Positions 40,801-53,870 of a stretch of 64,000 bases of DNA are shown in pieces (position 1 is the first letter of the stretch; the number at the start of each line of letters is the position of its first letter). A model generated the notes under the pieces. That model saw nothing but the letters and a program-made list of their open reading frames with translations, was not told the DNA's origin and searched no databases. The DNA lies in assembly GCA_964016885.1 (NCBI GenBank), contig OZ024740.1, forward strand, positions 440,944,001 through 441,008,000, in the 5' to 3' direction. The position numbers were made by a program, and so were the translations under genes. This DNA comes from Eledone cirrhosa. Lineage: Eukaryota.

Positions 40801-43800
40801 CATAGTAGTGTTGGTTCTAACATAGTAGTGTTGGTTCTCACATAGTAGTGTTGGTTCTCACATAGTAGTGTTGGTTCTCACATAGTAGTGTAGGTTCTAA
40901 CATAGTAGTGTTGGTTCTAACATAGTAGTGTTGGTTCTAACATAGTAGTGTTGGTTCTAACATAGTAGTGTTGGTTCTAACATAGTAGTTGGTTCTAAGA
41001 TAGTAGTGTTGGTTCTAACATAGTAGTGTTGGTTCTCACATGGTAGGGTTGGTTCTAACATAGTAGTGTTGTTTCTAACATAGTGGTTTTGGTTCTAACG
41101 TAGTAGTGTTGGTTCAAACATAGTAGTGTTGGTTCTAACGTAGTAGTGTTGGTTCTAACATAGTAGTGTTTTTTCTCACGTAGTAGTGTTGGTTCTAACG
41201 TAGTAGTGTTGGTTCTAACATAGTAGTGTTGGTTCTCACATAGTAGTGTTGGTTCTAACATAGTAGTGTTGGTTCTAACATAGTAGTGTTGGTTCTCACA
41301 TAGTAGTGTTGGTTCTAACGTAGTAGTGTTGGTTCTAACGTAGTAGTGTTGGTTCTAACATAGTAGTGTTGGTTCTAACGTAGTAGTGTTGGTTCTAACA
41401 TAGTAGTGTTGGTTCTCACATAGTAGTGTTGGTTCTAACGTAGTAGTGTTGGTTCTAACATAGTAGTGTTGGTTCTAACATAGTAGTGTTGGTTCTAACA
41501 TAGTAGTGTTGGTTCTCACATAGTAGTGTTGGTTCTAACGTAGTAGTGTTGGTTCTAACATAGTAGTGTTGGTTCTCACATAGTAGTGTTGGTTCTAACA
41601 TAGTAGTGTTGGTTCTAACATAGTAGTGTTGGTTCTCACATATTAGTGTTGGTTCTAACGTAGTAGTGTTGGTTCTAACATAGTAGTGTTGGTTCTCACA
41701 TAGTAGTGTTGGTTCTAACATAGTAGTGTTGGTTCTAACATAGTAGTGTTGGTTCTCACATAGTAGTGTTGGTTCTAACGTAGTAGTGTTGGTTCTCACA
41801 TAGTACGGTTGTTCTAACATAGTAGGGATGGTTCTAACATAGTAGTGTTGGTTCTAATATAGTACTGTTGGTTCTAACATAGTAGTGTTGGTTCTAACAT
41901 AGTAAGGTTGGTTCTAACATAGTAGTGTTGGTTCTAACATAGTAGTTGGTTCTAACATAGTAGTGTTGGTTCTAACATAGTAGTGTTGGTTCTCACATAG
42001 TAGGGTTGGTTCTAACATAGTAGTGTTGGTTCTAACATAGTAGTGTTGGTTCTAACATAGTACTGTTTGTTCTAACATAGTAGTGTTGGTTCTAAACTAG
42101 TAGTGTTGGTTCTAACATAGTAGTGTTGGTTCTCACATAGTAGTGTTGGTTCTAACATAGTAGTGTTGGTTCTCACATAGTAGTGTTGGTTCTAACATAG
42201 TAGTGTTGGTTCTCACATAGTAGTGTTGGTTCTAACATAGTAGTGTTGGTTCTCTCATAGTAGTGTTGGTTCTCACATAGTAGTGTTGGTTCTCACATAC
42301 TAGTGTTGGTTCTCACATAGTAATGTTAGTTCTCACATAGTAGTGTTGGTTCTAACATAGTAGTGTTGGTTCTAACATTGTAGTGTTGGTTCTAACATAG
42401 TAGTGTTGGTTTTTACATTGTAGTGTTGTTGCTAACATAGTAGGCTTGGTTCTAACATAGTAGTGTTGGTTCTCACATAGTAGTGTTGATTCTAACATAG
42501 TAGTGTTGGTTCTAACATAGTAGTGTTGGTTCTAACATATTAGTGTTGGTTCTAACATAGTAGTGTTTATTCTAACATAGTAGTGTTGGTTCTAACATAG
42601 TAGTGTTGGTTCTAACATAGTAGTGTTGGTTCTCACATAGTAGTGTTGGTTCTCACATAGTATTATTGGTTCTAACATAGTAGTGCTGGTTCGCACATAG
42701 TAGTGTTGGTTCTCACATAGTAGGGTTGGTTCTAACATAGTAGGCTTGGTTCTAACATAGTAGTGTTGGTTCTCACATAGTAGGGTTGGTTCTAACATAG
42801 TAGGGTTGGTTCTAACATAGTAGTGTTGGTTCTCACATAGTAGTGTTGCTTCTAATATAGTAGTGTTGGTTCTAACATAGTAGTGTTGGTTCTCACATAG
42901 TACGGTTGTTCTAACATAGTAGGGTTGGTTCTAACATAGTAGTGTTGGTTCTAACATAGTAGTGTTGGTTCTAACATAGTAGTGTTGGTTCTAACATAGT
43001 AAGGTTGGTTCTAACATAGTAGTGTTGGTTCTAACATAGTAGTTGGTTCTAAGATAGTAGTGTTGGTTCTAACATAGTAGTGTTGGTTCTCACATAGTAG
43101 GGTTGGTTCTAACATAGTAGTGTTGTTTCTAACATAGTGGTTTTGGTTCTAACGTAGTAGTGTTGGTTCAAACATAGTAGTGTTGGTTCTAACGTAGTAG
43201 TGTTGGTTCTAACATAGTAGTGTTGGTTCTCACATAGTAGTGTTGGTTCTAACGTAGTAGTGTTGGTTCTAACATAGTAGTGTTGGTTCTCACATAGTAG
43301 TGTTGGTTCTAACATAGTAGTGTTGGTTCTAACATAGTAGTGTTGGTTCTCACATAGTAGTGTTGGTTCTAACGTAGTAGTGTTGGTTCTCACATAGTAG
43401 TGTTGGTTCTAACATAGTAGTGTTGGTTCTCACATAGTACGGTTGTTCTAACATATTAGTGTTGGTTCTAACATAGTAGTGTTTATTCTAACATAGTAGT
43501 GTTGGTTCTAACATAGTAGTGTTGGTTCTAACATAGTAGTGTTGGTTCTCACATAGTAGTGTTGGTTCTCACATAGTATTATTGGTTCTAACATAGTAGT
43601 GCTGGTTCTCACATAGTAGTGTTGGTTCTCACATAGTAGGGTTGGTTCTAACATAGTAGGCTTGGTTCTAACATAGTAGTGTTGGTTCTCACATAGTAGG
43701 GTTGGTTCTAACATAGTAGGGTTGGTTCTAACATAGTAGTGTTGGTTCTCACATAGTAGTGTTGCTTCTAATATAGTAGGGTTGGTTCTCACATAGTAGT

Positions 43801-46800
43801 GTTGGTTCTAACGTAGTAGTGTTGGTTCTCACATAGTACGGTTGTTCTAACATAGTAGGGATGGTTCTAACATAGTAGTGTTGGTTCTAATATAGTACTG
43901 TTGGTTCTAACATAGTAGTGTTGGTTCTAACATAGTAAGGTTGGTTCTAACATAGTAGTGTTGGTTCTAACATAGTAGTTGGTTCTAACATAGTAGTGTT
44001 GGTTCTAACATAGTAGTGTTGGTTCTCACATAGTAGGGTTGGTTCTAACATAGTAGTGTTGGTTCTAACATAGTAGTGTTGGTTCTAACATAGTACTGTT
44101 TGTTCTAACATAGTAGTGTTGGTTCTAACCTAGTAGTGTTGGTTCTAACATAGTAGTGTTGGTTCTCACATAGTAGTGTTGGTTCTCACATAGTACGGTT
44201 GTTCTAACATAGTAGAGTTGGTTCTAACATAGTAGTGTTGGTTCTAATATAGTAGTGTTGGTTCTAACATAGTAGTGTTGGTTCTAACATAGTAAGGTTG
44301 GTTCTAACATAGTAGTGTTGGTTCTAACATAGTAGTTGGTTCTAACATAGTAGTGTTGGTTCTAACATAGTAGTGTTGGTTCTCACATAGTAGGGTTGGT
44401 TCTAACATAGTAGTGTTGGTTCTAACATAGTAGTGTTGGTTCTAACATAGTAGTGTTGGTTCTAACCTAGTAGTGTTGGTTCTAACATAGTAGTGTTGGT
44501 TCTCACATAGTAGTGTTGGTTCTAACATAGTAGTGTTGGTTCTCACATAGTAGTGTTGGTTCTCACATAGTAGTGTTGGTTCTCACATAGTAGTGTTGGT
44601 TCTCACATAGTAATGTTGGTTCTAACATAGTAGTGTTGGTTCTAACATAGTAGTGTTGGTTCTCACATAGTAGTGTTGGTTCTCACATAGTAGTGTTGGT
44701 TCTAACGTAGTAGTGTTGGTTCTAACATAGTAGTGTTGGTTCTAACATAGTAGTGTTGGTTCTAACATAGTAGTTGGTTCTAAGATAGTAGTGTTGGTTC
44801 TAACATAGTAGTGTTGGTTCTCACATAGTAGGGTTGGTTCTAACATAGTAGTGTTGTTTCTAACATAGTGGTTTTGGTTCTAACGTAGTAGTGTTGGTTC
44901 AAACATAGTAGTGTTGGTTCTAACGTAGTAGTGTTGGTTCTAACATAGTAGTGTTGGTTCTCACATAGTAGTGTTGGTTCTAACGTAGTAGTGTTGGTTC
45001 TAACATAGTAGTGTTGGTTCTCACATAGTAGTGTTGGTTCTAACATAGTAGTGTTGGTTCTAACATAGTAGTGTTGGTTCTCACATAGTAGTGTTGGTTC
45101 TAACGTAGTAGTGTTGGTTCTAACGTAGTAGTGTTGGTTCTAACATAGTAGTGTTGGTTCTAACGTAGTAGTGTTGGTTCTAACATAGTAGTGTTGGTTC
45201 TCACATAGTAGTGTTGGTTCTAACGTAGTAGTGTTGGTTCTAACATAGTAGTGTTGGTTCTAACATAGTAGTGTTGGTTCTAACATAGTAGTGTTGGTTC
45301 TCACATAGTAGTGTTGGTTCTAACGTAGTAGTGTTGGTTCTAACATAGTAGTGTTGGTTCTCACATAGTAGTGTTGGTTCTAACATAGTAGTGTTGGTTC
45401 TAACATAGTAGTGTTGGTTCTCACATAGTAGTGTTGGTTCTAACGTAGTAGTGTTGGTTCTAACATAGTAGTGTTGGTTCTCACATATTAGTGTTGGTTC
45501 TAACATAGTAGTGTTGGTTCTAACATAGTAGTGTTGGTTCTCACATAGTAGTGTTGGTTCTAACGTAGTAGTGTTGGTTCTCACATAGTACGGTTGTTCT
45601 AACATAGTAGGGATGGTTCTAACATAGTAGTGTTGGTTCTAATATAGTACTGTTGGTTCTAACATAGTAGTGTTGGTTCTAACATAGTAAGGTTGGTTCT
45701 AACATAGTAGTGTTGGTTCTAACATAGTAGTTGGTTCTAACATAGTAGTGTTGGTTCTAACATAGTAGTGTTGGTTCTCACATAGTAGGGTTGGTTCTAA
45801 CATAGTAGTGTTGGTTCTAACATAGTAGTGTTGGTTCTAACATAGTACTGTTTGTTCTAACATAGTAGTGTTGGTTCTAACCTAGTAGTGTTGGTTCTAA
45901 CATAGTAGTGTTGGTTCTCACATAGTAGTGTTGGTTCTAACATAGTAGTGTTGGTTCTCACATAGTAGTGTTGGTTCTAACATAGTAGTGTTGGTTCTCA
46001 CATAGTAGTGTTGGTTCTAACATAGTAGTGTTGGTTCTCACATACTAGTGTTGGTTCTCACATAGTAATGTTGGTTCTCATATAGTAGTGTTGGTTCTAA
46101 CATAGTAGTGTTGGTTCTAACATTGTAGTGTTGGTTCTCACATATTAGTGTTGGTTCTAACATAGTAGTGTTGGTTCTAACATAGTAGTGTTGGTTCTAA
46201 CATAGTAGTGTTGGTTCTAACATAGTAGTGTTGGTTTTTACATTGTAGTGTTGTTGCTAACATAGTAGGCTTGGTTCTAACATAGTAGTGTTGGTTCTCA
46301 CATAGTAGTGTTGATTCTAACATAGTAGTGTTGGTTCTAACATAGTAGTGTTGGTTCTAACATATTAGTGTTGGTTCTAACATAGTAGTGTTTATTCTAA
46401 CATAGTAGTGTTGGTTCTAACATAGTAGTGTTGGTTCTAACATAGTAGTGTTGGTTCTCACATAGTAGTGTTGGTTCTCACATAGTATTATTGGTTCTAA
46501 CATAGTAGTGCTGGTTCGCACATAGTAGTGTTGGTTCTCACATAGTAGGGTTGGTTCTAACATAGTAGGCTTGGTTCTAACATAGTAGTGTTGGTTCTCA
46601 CATAGTAGGGTTGGTTCTAACATAGTAGGGTTGGTTCTAACATAGTAGTGTTGGTTCTCACATAGTAGTGTTGCTTCTAATATAGTAGGGTTGGTTCTAA
46701 CATAGTAGTGTTGGTTCGCACATAGTAGTGTTGGTTCTAATATAGTAGGGTTGGTTCTCACATAGTAGGGTTGTTTCTAATAGTAGTGTTGGTTCTCACA

Positions 46801-49800
46801 TAGTAGTGTTGGTTCTCACATAGTACGGTTGTTCTAACATAGTAGGGTTGGTTCTAACGTAGTAGTGTTGGTTCTCACATAGTAGTGTTGGTTCTCACAT
46901 AGTAGTGTTGGTTCTAACATAGTAGTGTTGGTTCTCACATAGTACGGTTGTTCTAACATAGTAGGGTTGGTTCTAACATAGTAGTGTTGGTTCTAACATA
47001 GTAGTGTTGGTTCTAACATAGTAGTGTTGGTTCTAACATAGTAAGGTTGGTTCTAACATAGTAGTGTTGGTTCTAACATAGTAGTTGGTTCTAAGATAGT
47101 AGTGTTGGTTCTAACATAGTAGTGTTGGTTCTCACATAGTAGGGTTGGTTCTAACATAGTAGTGTTGTTTCTAACATAGTGGTTTTGGTTCTAACGTAGT
47201 AGTGTTGGTTCAAACATAGTAGTGTTGGTTCTAACGTAGTAGTGTTGGTTCTAACATAGTAGTGTTGGTTCTCACATAGTAGTGTTGGTTCTAACGTAGT
47301 AGTGTTGGTTCTAACATAGTAGTGTTGGTTCTCACATAGTAGTGTTGGTTCTAACATAGTAGTGTTGGTTCTAACATAGTAGTGTTGGTTCTCACATAGT
47401 AGTGTTGGTTCTAACGTAGTAGTGTTGGTTCTCACATAGTAGTGTTGGTTCTAACATAGTAGTGTTGGTTCTCACATAGTACGGTTGTTCTAACATATTA
47501 GTGTTGGTTCTAACATAGTAGTGTTTATTCTAACATAGTAGTGTTGGTTCTAACATAGTAGTGTTGGTTCTAACATAGTAGTGTTGGTTCTCACATAGTA
47601 GTGTTGGTTCTCACATAGTATTATTGGTTCTAACATAGTAGTGCTGGTTCTCACATAGTAGTGTTGGTTCTCACATAGTAGGGTTGGTTCTAACATAGTA
47701 GGCTTGGTTCTAACATAGTAGTGTTGGTTCTCACATAGTAGGGTTGGTTCTCACATAGTAGTGTTGCTTCTAATATAGTAGGGTTGGTTCTCACATAGTA
47801 GTGTTGGTTCTAACGTAGTAGTGTTGGTTCTCACATAGTACGGTTGTTCTAACATAGTAGGGATGGTTCTAACATAGTAGTGTTGGTTCTAATATAGTAC
47901 TGTTGGTTCTAACATAGTAGTGTTGGTTCTAACATAGTAAGGTTGGTTCTAACATAGTAGTGTTGGTTCTAACATAGTAGTTGGTTCTAACATAGTAGTG
48001 TTGGTTCTAACATAGTAGTGTTGGTTCTCACATAGTAGGGTTGGTTCTAACATAGTAGTGTTGGTTCTAACATAGTAGTGTTGGTTCTAACATAGTACTG
48101 TTTGTTCTAACATAGTAGTGTTGGTTCTAACCTAGTAGTGTTGGTTCTAACATAGTAGTGTTGGTTCTCACATAGTAGTGTTGGTTCTCACATAGTACGG
48201 TTGTTCTAACATAGTAGAGTTGGTTCTAAGATAGTAGTGTTGGTTCTAATATAGTAGTGTTGGTTCTAACATAGTAGTGTTGGTTCTAACATAGTAAGGT
48301 TGGTTCTAACATAGTAGTGTTGGTTCTAACATAGTAGTTGGTTCTAACATAGTAGTGTTGGTTCTAACATAGTAGTGTTGGTTCTCACATAGTAGGGTTG
48401 GTTCTAACATAGTAGTGTTGGTTCTAACATAGTAGTGTTGGTTCTAACATAGTAGTGTTGGTTCTAACCTAGTAGTGTTGGTTCTAACATAGTAGTGTTG
48501 GTTCTCACATAGTAGTGTTGGTTCTAACATAGTAGTGTTGGTTCTCACATAGTAGTGTTGGTTCTCACATAGTAGTGTTGGTTCTCACATAGTAGTGTTG
48601 GTTCTCACATAGTAATGTTGGTTCTAACATAGTAGTGTTGGTTCTAACATAGTAGTGTTGGTTCTCACATAGTAGTGTTGGTTCTCACATAGTAGTGTTG
48701 GTTCTAACGTAGTAGTGTTGGTTCTAACATAGTAGTGTTGGTTCTAACATAGTAGTGTTGGTTCTAACATAGTAGTGTTGGTTCTAACATAGTAGTGTTG
48801 GTTCTAACCTAGTAGTGTTGGTTCTAACATAGTAGTGTTGGTTCTCACATAGTAGTGTTGGTTCTCACATAGTAGTGTTGGTTCTCACATACTAGTGTTG
48901 GTTCTCACATAGTAATGTTGGTTCTCACATAGTAGTGTTGGTTCTAACATAGTAGTGTTGGTTCTAACATTGTAGTGTTGGTTCTCACATAGTAGTGTTG
49001 GTTCTAACGTAGTATATTTGGTTCTAACATAGTAGTGTTGGTTCTCACATAGTAGTGTTGGTTCTAACATAGTAGTGTTGGTTCTAACATAGTAGTGTTG
49101 GTTCTAACGTAGTAGTGTTGGTTCTAACATAGTAGTGTTGGTTCTAACGTAGTAGTGTTGGTTCTAACATAGTAGTGTTGGTTCTCACATAGTAGTGTTG
49201 GTTCTAACGTAGTAGTGTTGGTTCTAACATAGTAGTGTTGGTTCTAACATAGTAGTGTTGGTTCTAACATAGTAGTGTTGGTTCTCACATAGTAGTGTTG
49301 GTTCTAACGTAGTAGTGTTGGTTCTAACATAGTAGTGTTGTTTCTCACATAGTAGTGTTGGTTCTAACATAGTAGTGTTGGTTCTAACATAGTAGTGTTG
49401 GTTCTCACATAGTAGTGTTGGTTCTAACGTAGTAGTGTTGGTTCTAACATAGTAGTGTTGGTTCTCACATAGTAGTGTTGGTTCTAACATAGTAGTGTTG
49501 GTTCTAACATAGTAGTGTTGGTTCTCACATAGTAGTGTTGGTTCTAACGTAGTAGTGTTGGTTCTCACATAGTACGGTTGTTCTAACATAGTAGGGATGG
49601 TTCTAACATAGTAGTGTTGGTTCTAATATAGTACTGTTGGATCTAACATAGTAGTGTTGGTTCTAACATAGTAAGGTTGGTTCTAACATAGTAGTGTTGG
49701 TTCTAACATAGTAGTTGGTTCTAACATAGTAGTGTTGGTTCTAACATAGTAGTGTTGGTTCTCACATAGTAGGGTTGGTTCTAACATAGTAGTGTTGGTT

Positions 49801-52800
49801 CTAACATAGTAGTGTTGGTTCTAACATAGTACTGTTTGTTCTAACATAGTAGTGTTGGTTCTAACCTAGTAGTGTTGGTTCTAACATAGTAGTGTTGGTT
49901 CTCACATAGTAGTGTTGGTTCTAACATAGTAGTGTTGGTTCTCACATAGTAGTGTTGGTTCTAACATAGTAGTGTTGGTTCTCACATAGTAGTGTTGGTT
50001 CTAACATAGTAGTGTTGGTTCTCACATAGTAGTGTTGGTTCTCACATAGTAGTGTTGGTTCTCACATACTAGTGTTGGTTCTCACATAGTAATGTTGGTT
50101 CTCACATAGTAGTGTTGGTTCTAACATAGTAGTGTTGGTTCTAACATTGTAGTGTTGGTTCTCACATATTAGTGTTGGTTCTAACATAGTAGTGTTGGTT
50201 CTAACATAGTAGTGTTGGTTCTAACATAGTAGTGTTGGTTCTAACATAGTAGTGTTGGTTTTTACATTGTAGTGTTGTTGCTAACATAGTAGGCTTGGTT
50301 CTAACATAGTAGTGTTGGTTCTCACATAGTAGTGTTGATTCTAACATAGTAGTGTTGGTTCTAACATAGTAGTGTTGGTTCTAACATATTAGTGTTGGTT
50401 CTAACATAGTAGTGTTTATTCTAACATAGTAGTGTTGGTTCTAACATAGTAGTGTTGTTTCTCACATAGTAGTGTTTGTTCTACAATAATAGTGTTGGTT
50501 CTAACATAGTAGTGTTGGTTCTAACATAGTAGTGTTGGTTCTAACATAGTAGTGTTGATTCTAACATAGTAGTGTTGGTTCTAACATAGTAGTGTTGGTT
50601 CTAACATATTAGTGTTGGTTCAAACATAGTAGTGTTTATTCTAACATAGTAGTGTTGGTTCTAACATAGTAGTGTTGGTTCTAACATAGTAGTGTTGGTT
50701 CTCACATAGTAGTGTTGGTTCTCACATAGTATTATTGGTTCTAACATAGTAGTGCTGGTTCTCACATAGTAGTGTTGGTTCTCACATAGTAGGGTTGGTT
50801 CTAACATAGTAGGCTTGGTTCTAACATAGTAGTGTTGGTTCTCACATAGTAGGGTTGGTTCTAACATAGTAGGGTTGGTTCTAACATTGTAGTGTTGGTT
50901 CTCACATAGTAGTGTTGCTTCTAATATAGTAGGGTTGGTTCTCACATAGTAGTGTTGGTTCTAACGTAGTAGTGTTGGTTCTCACATAGTACGGTTGTTC
51001 TAACATAGTAGGGATGGTTCTAACATAGTAGTGTTGGTTCTAATATAGTACTGTTGGTTCTAACATAGTAGTGTTGGTTCTAACATAGTAAGGTTGGTTC
51101 TAACATAGTAGTGTTGGTTCTAACATAGTAGTTGGTTCTAACATAGTAGTGTTGGTTCTAACATAGTAGTGTTGGTTCTCACATAGTAGGGTTGGTTCTA
51201 ACATAGTAGTGTTGGTTCTAACATAGTAGTGTTGGTTCTAACATAGTACAGTTTGTTCTAACATAGTAGTGTTGGTTCTAACCTAGTAGTGTTGGTTCTA
51301 ACATAGTAGTGTTGGTTCTCACATAGTAGTGTTGGTTCTAACATAGTAGTGTTGGTTCTCACATAGTAGTGTTGGTTCTAACATAGTAGTGTTGGTTCTC
51401 ACATTGTAGTGTTGGTTCTAACATAGTAGTGTTGGTTCTCACATAGTAGTGTTGGTTCTCACATAGTAGTGTTGGTTCTCACATACTAGTGTTGGTTCTC
51501 ACATAGTAATGTTGGTTCTCACATAGTAGTGTTGGTTCTAACATAGTAGTGTTGGTTCTAACATTGTAGTGTTGGTTCTCACATAGTAGTGTTGGTTCTA
51601 ACATAGTAGTGTTGGTTCTAACACAGTAGTGTTGGTTCTAACATAGTAGTGTTGGTTCTAACATAGTAGTGTTGGTTTTTACATTGTAGTGTTGTTTCTA
51701 ACATAGTAGGGTTGGTTCTAACATAGTAGTGTTGGTTCTCACATAGTAGTGTTGATTCTAACATAGTAGTGTTGGTTCTAACATAGTAGTGTTGGTTCTA
51801 ACATATTAGTGTTGGTTCTAACATAGTAGTGTTTATTCTAACATAGTAGTGTTGGTTCTAACATAGTAGTGTTGGTTCTCACATAGTAGTGTTTGTTCTA
51901 CAATAATAGTGTTGGTTCTAACATAGTAGTGTTGGTTCTAACATAGTAGTGTTGGTTCTAACATAGTAGTGTTGATTCTAACATAGTAGTGTTGGTTCTA
52001 ACATAGTAGTGTTGGTTCTAACATATTAGTGTTGGTTCTAACATAGTAGTGTTTATTCTAACATAGTAGTGTTGGTTCTAACATAGTAGTGTTGGTTCTA
52101 ACATAGTAGTGTTGGTTCTCACATAGTAGTGTTGGTTCTCACATAGTATTTTTGGTTCTAACATAGTAGTGCTGGTTCGCACATAGTAGTGTTGGTTCTC
52201 ACATAGTAGGGTTGGTTCTAACATAGTAGGCTTGGTTCTAACATAGTAGTGTTGGTTCTCACATAGTAGGGTTGGTTCTAACATAGTAGGGTTGGTTCTA
52301 ACATAGTAGTGTTGGTTCTCACATAGTAGTGTTGCTTCTAATATAGTAGGGTTGGTTCTAACATAGTAGTGTTGGTTCGCACATAGTAGTGTTGGTTCTA
52401 ATATAGTAGGGTTGGTTCTCACATAGTAGGGTTGTTTCTAATAGTAGTGTTGGTTCTCACATAGTAGTGTTGGTTCTCACATAGTACGGTTGTTCTAACA
52501 TAGTAGGGTTGGTTCTAACATAGTAGTGTTGGTTCTAACATAGTAGTGTTGGTTCTAACATAGTAGTGTTGGTTCTAACATAGTAAGGTTGGTTCTAACA
52601 TAGTAGTGTTGGTTCTAACATAGTAGTTGGTTCTAACATATTAGTGTCGGTTCTAACATAGTAGTGTTGGTTCTCACATAGTAGGGTTGGTTCTAACATA
52701 GTAGTGTTGTTTCTAACATAGTGGTTTTGGTTCTAACGTAGTAGTGTTGGTTCAAACATAGTAGTGTTGGTTCTAACGTAGTAGTGTTGGTTCTAACATA

Positions 52801-53870
52801 GTAGTGTTGGTTCTCACATAGTAGTGTTGGTTCTAACGTAGTAGTGTTGGTTCTAACATAGTAGTGTTGGTTCTCACATAGTAGTGTTGGTTCTAACATA
52901 GTAGTGTTGGTTCTTACATAGTAGTGTTGGTTCTCACATAGTAGTGTTGGTTCTAACGTAGTAGTGTTGGTTCTCACATAGTAGTGTTGGTTCTAACATA
53001 GTAGTGTTGGTTCTCACATAGTACGGTTGTTCTAACATATTAGTGTTGGTTCTAACATAGTAGTGTTTATTCTAACATAGTAGTGTTGGTTCTAACATAG
53101 TAGTGTTGGTTCTAACATAGTAGTGTTGGTTCTCACATAGTAGTGTTGGTTCTCACATAGTATTATTGGTTCTAACATAGTAGTGCTGGTTCTCACATAG
53201 TAGTGTTGGTTCTCACATAGTAGGGTTGGTTCTAACATAGTAGGCTTGGTTCTAACATAGTAGTGTTGGTTCTCACATAGTAGGGTTGGTTCTAACATAG
53301 TAGGGTTGGTTCTAACATAGTAGTGTTGGTTCTCACATAGTAGTGTTGCTTCTAATATAGTAGGGTTGGTTCTAACATAGTAGTGTTGGTTCGCACATAG
53401 TAGTGTTGGTTCTAATATAGTAGGGTTGGTTCTCACATAGTAGGGTTGTTTCTAATAGTAGTGTTGGTTCTCACATAGTAGTGTTGGTTCTCACATAGTA
53501 CGGTTGTTCTAACATAGTAGGGTTGGTTCTAACGTAGTAGTGTTGGTTCTCACATAGTAGTGTTGGTTCTCACATAGTAGTGTTGGTTCTAACATAGTAG
53601 TGTTGGTTCTCACATAGTACGGTTGTTCTAACATAGTAGGGTTGGTTCTAACATAGTAGTGTTGGTTCTAACATAGTAGTGTTGGTTCTAACATAGTAGT
53701 GTTGGTTCTAACATAGTAAGGTTGGTTCTAACATAGTAGTGTTGTTCTAACATAGTAGTTGGTTCTAACATAGTAGTGTTGGTTCTAACATAGTGGTGTT
53801 GGTTCTCACATAGTAGGGTTGGTTCTAACATAGTAGTGTTGGTTCTAACATAGTAGTGTTGGTTCTAACA
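34900..53870. repeat. Patchwork of shuffled 0.3-2 kb domain-B modules with irregular periods
   Basis: The same modules recur at non-constant offsets: ORFs 34882/37453/41455/45240/49224; 36319/38670/46417; 39404/43109/47151/52693; 38670-46417 and 39404-47151 are both at offset 7747. Confidence 0.8.
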
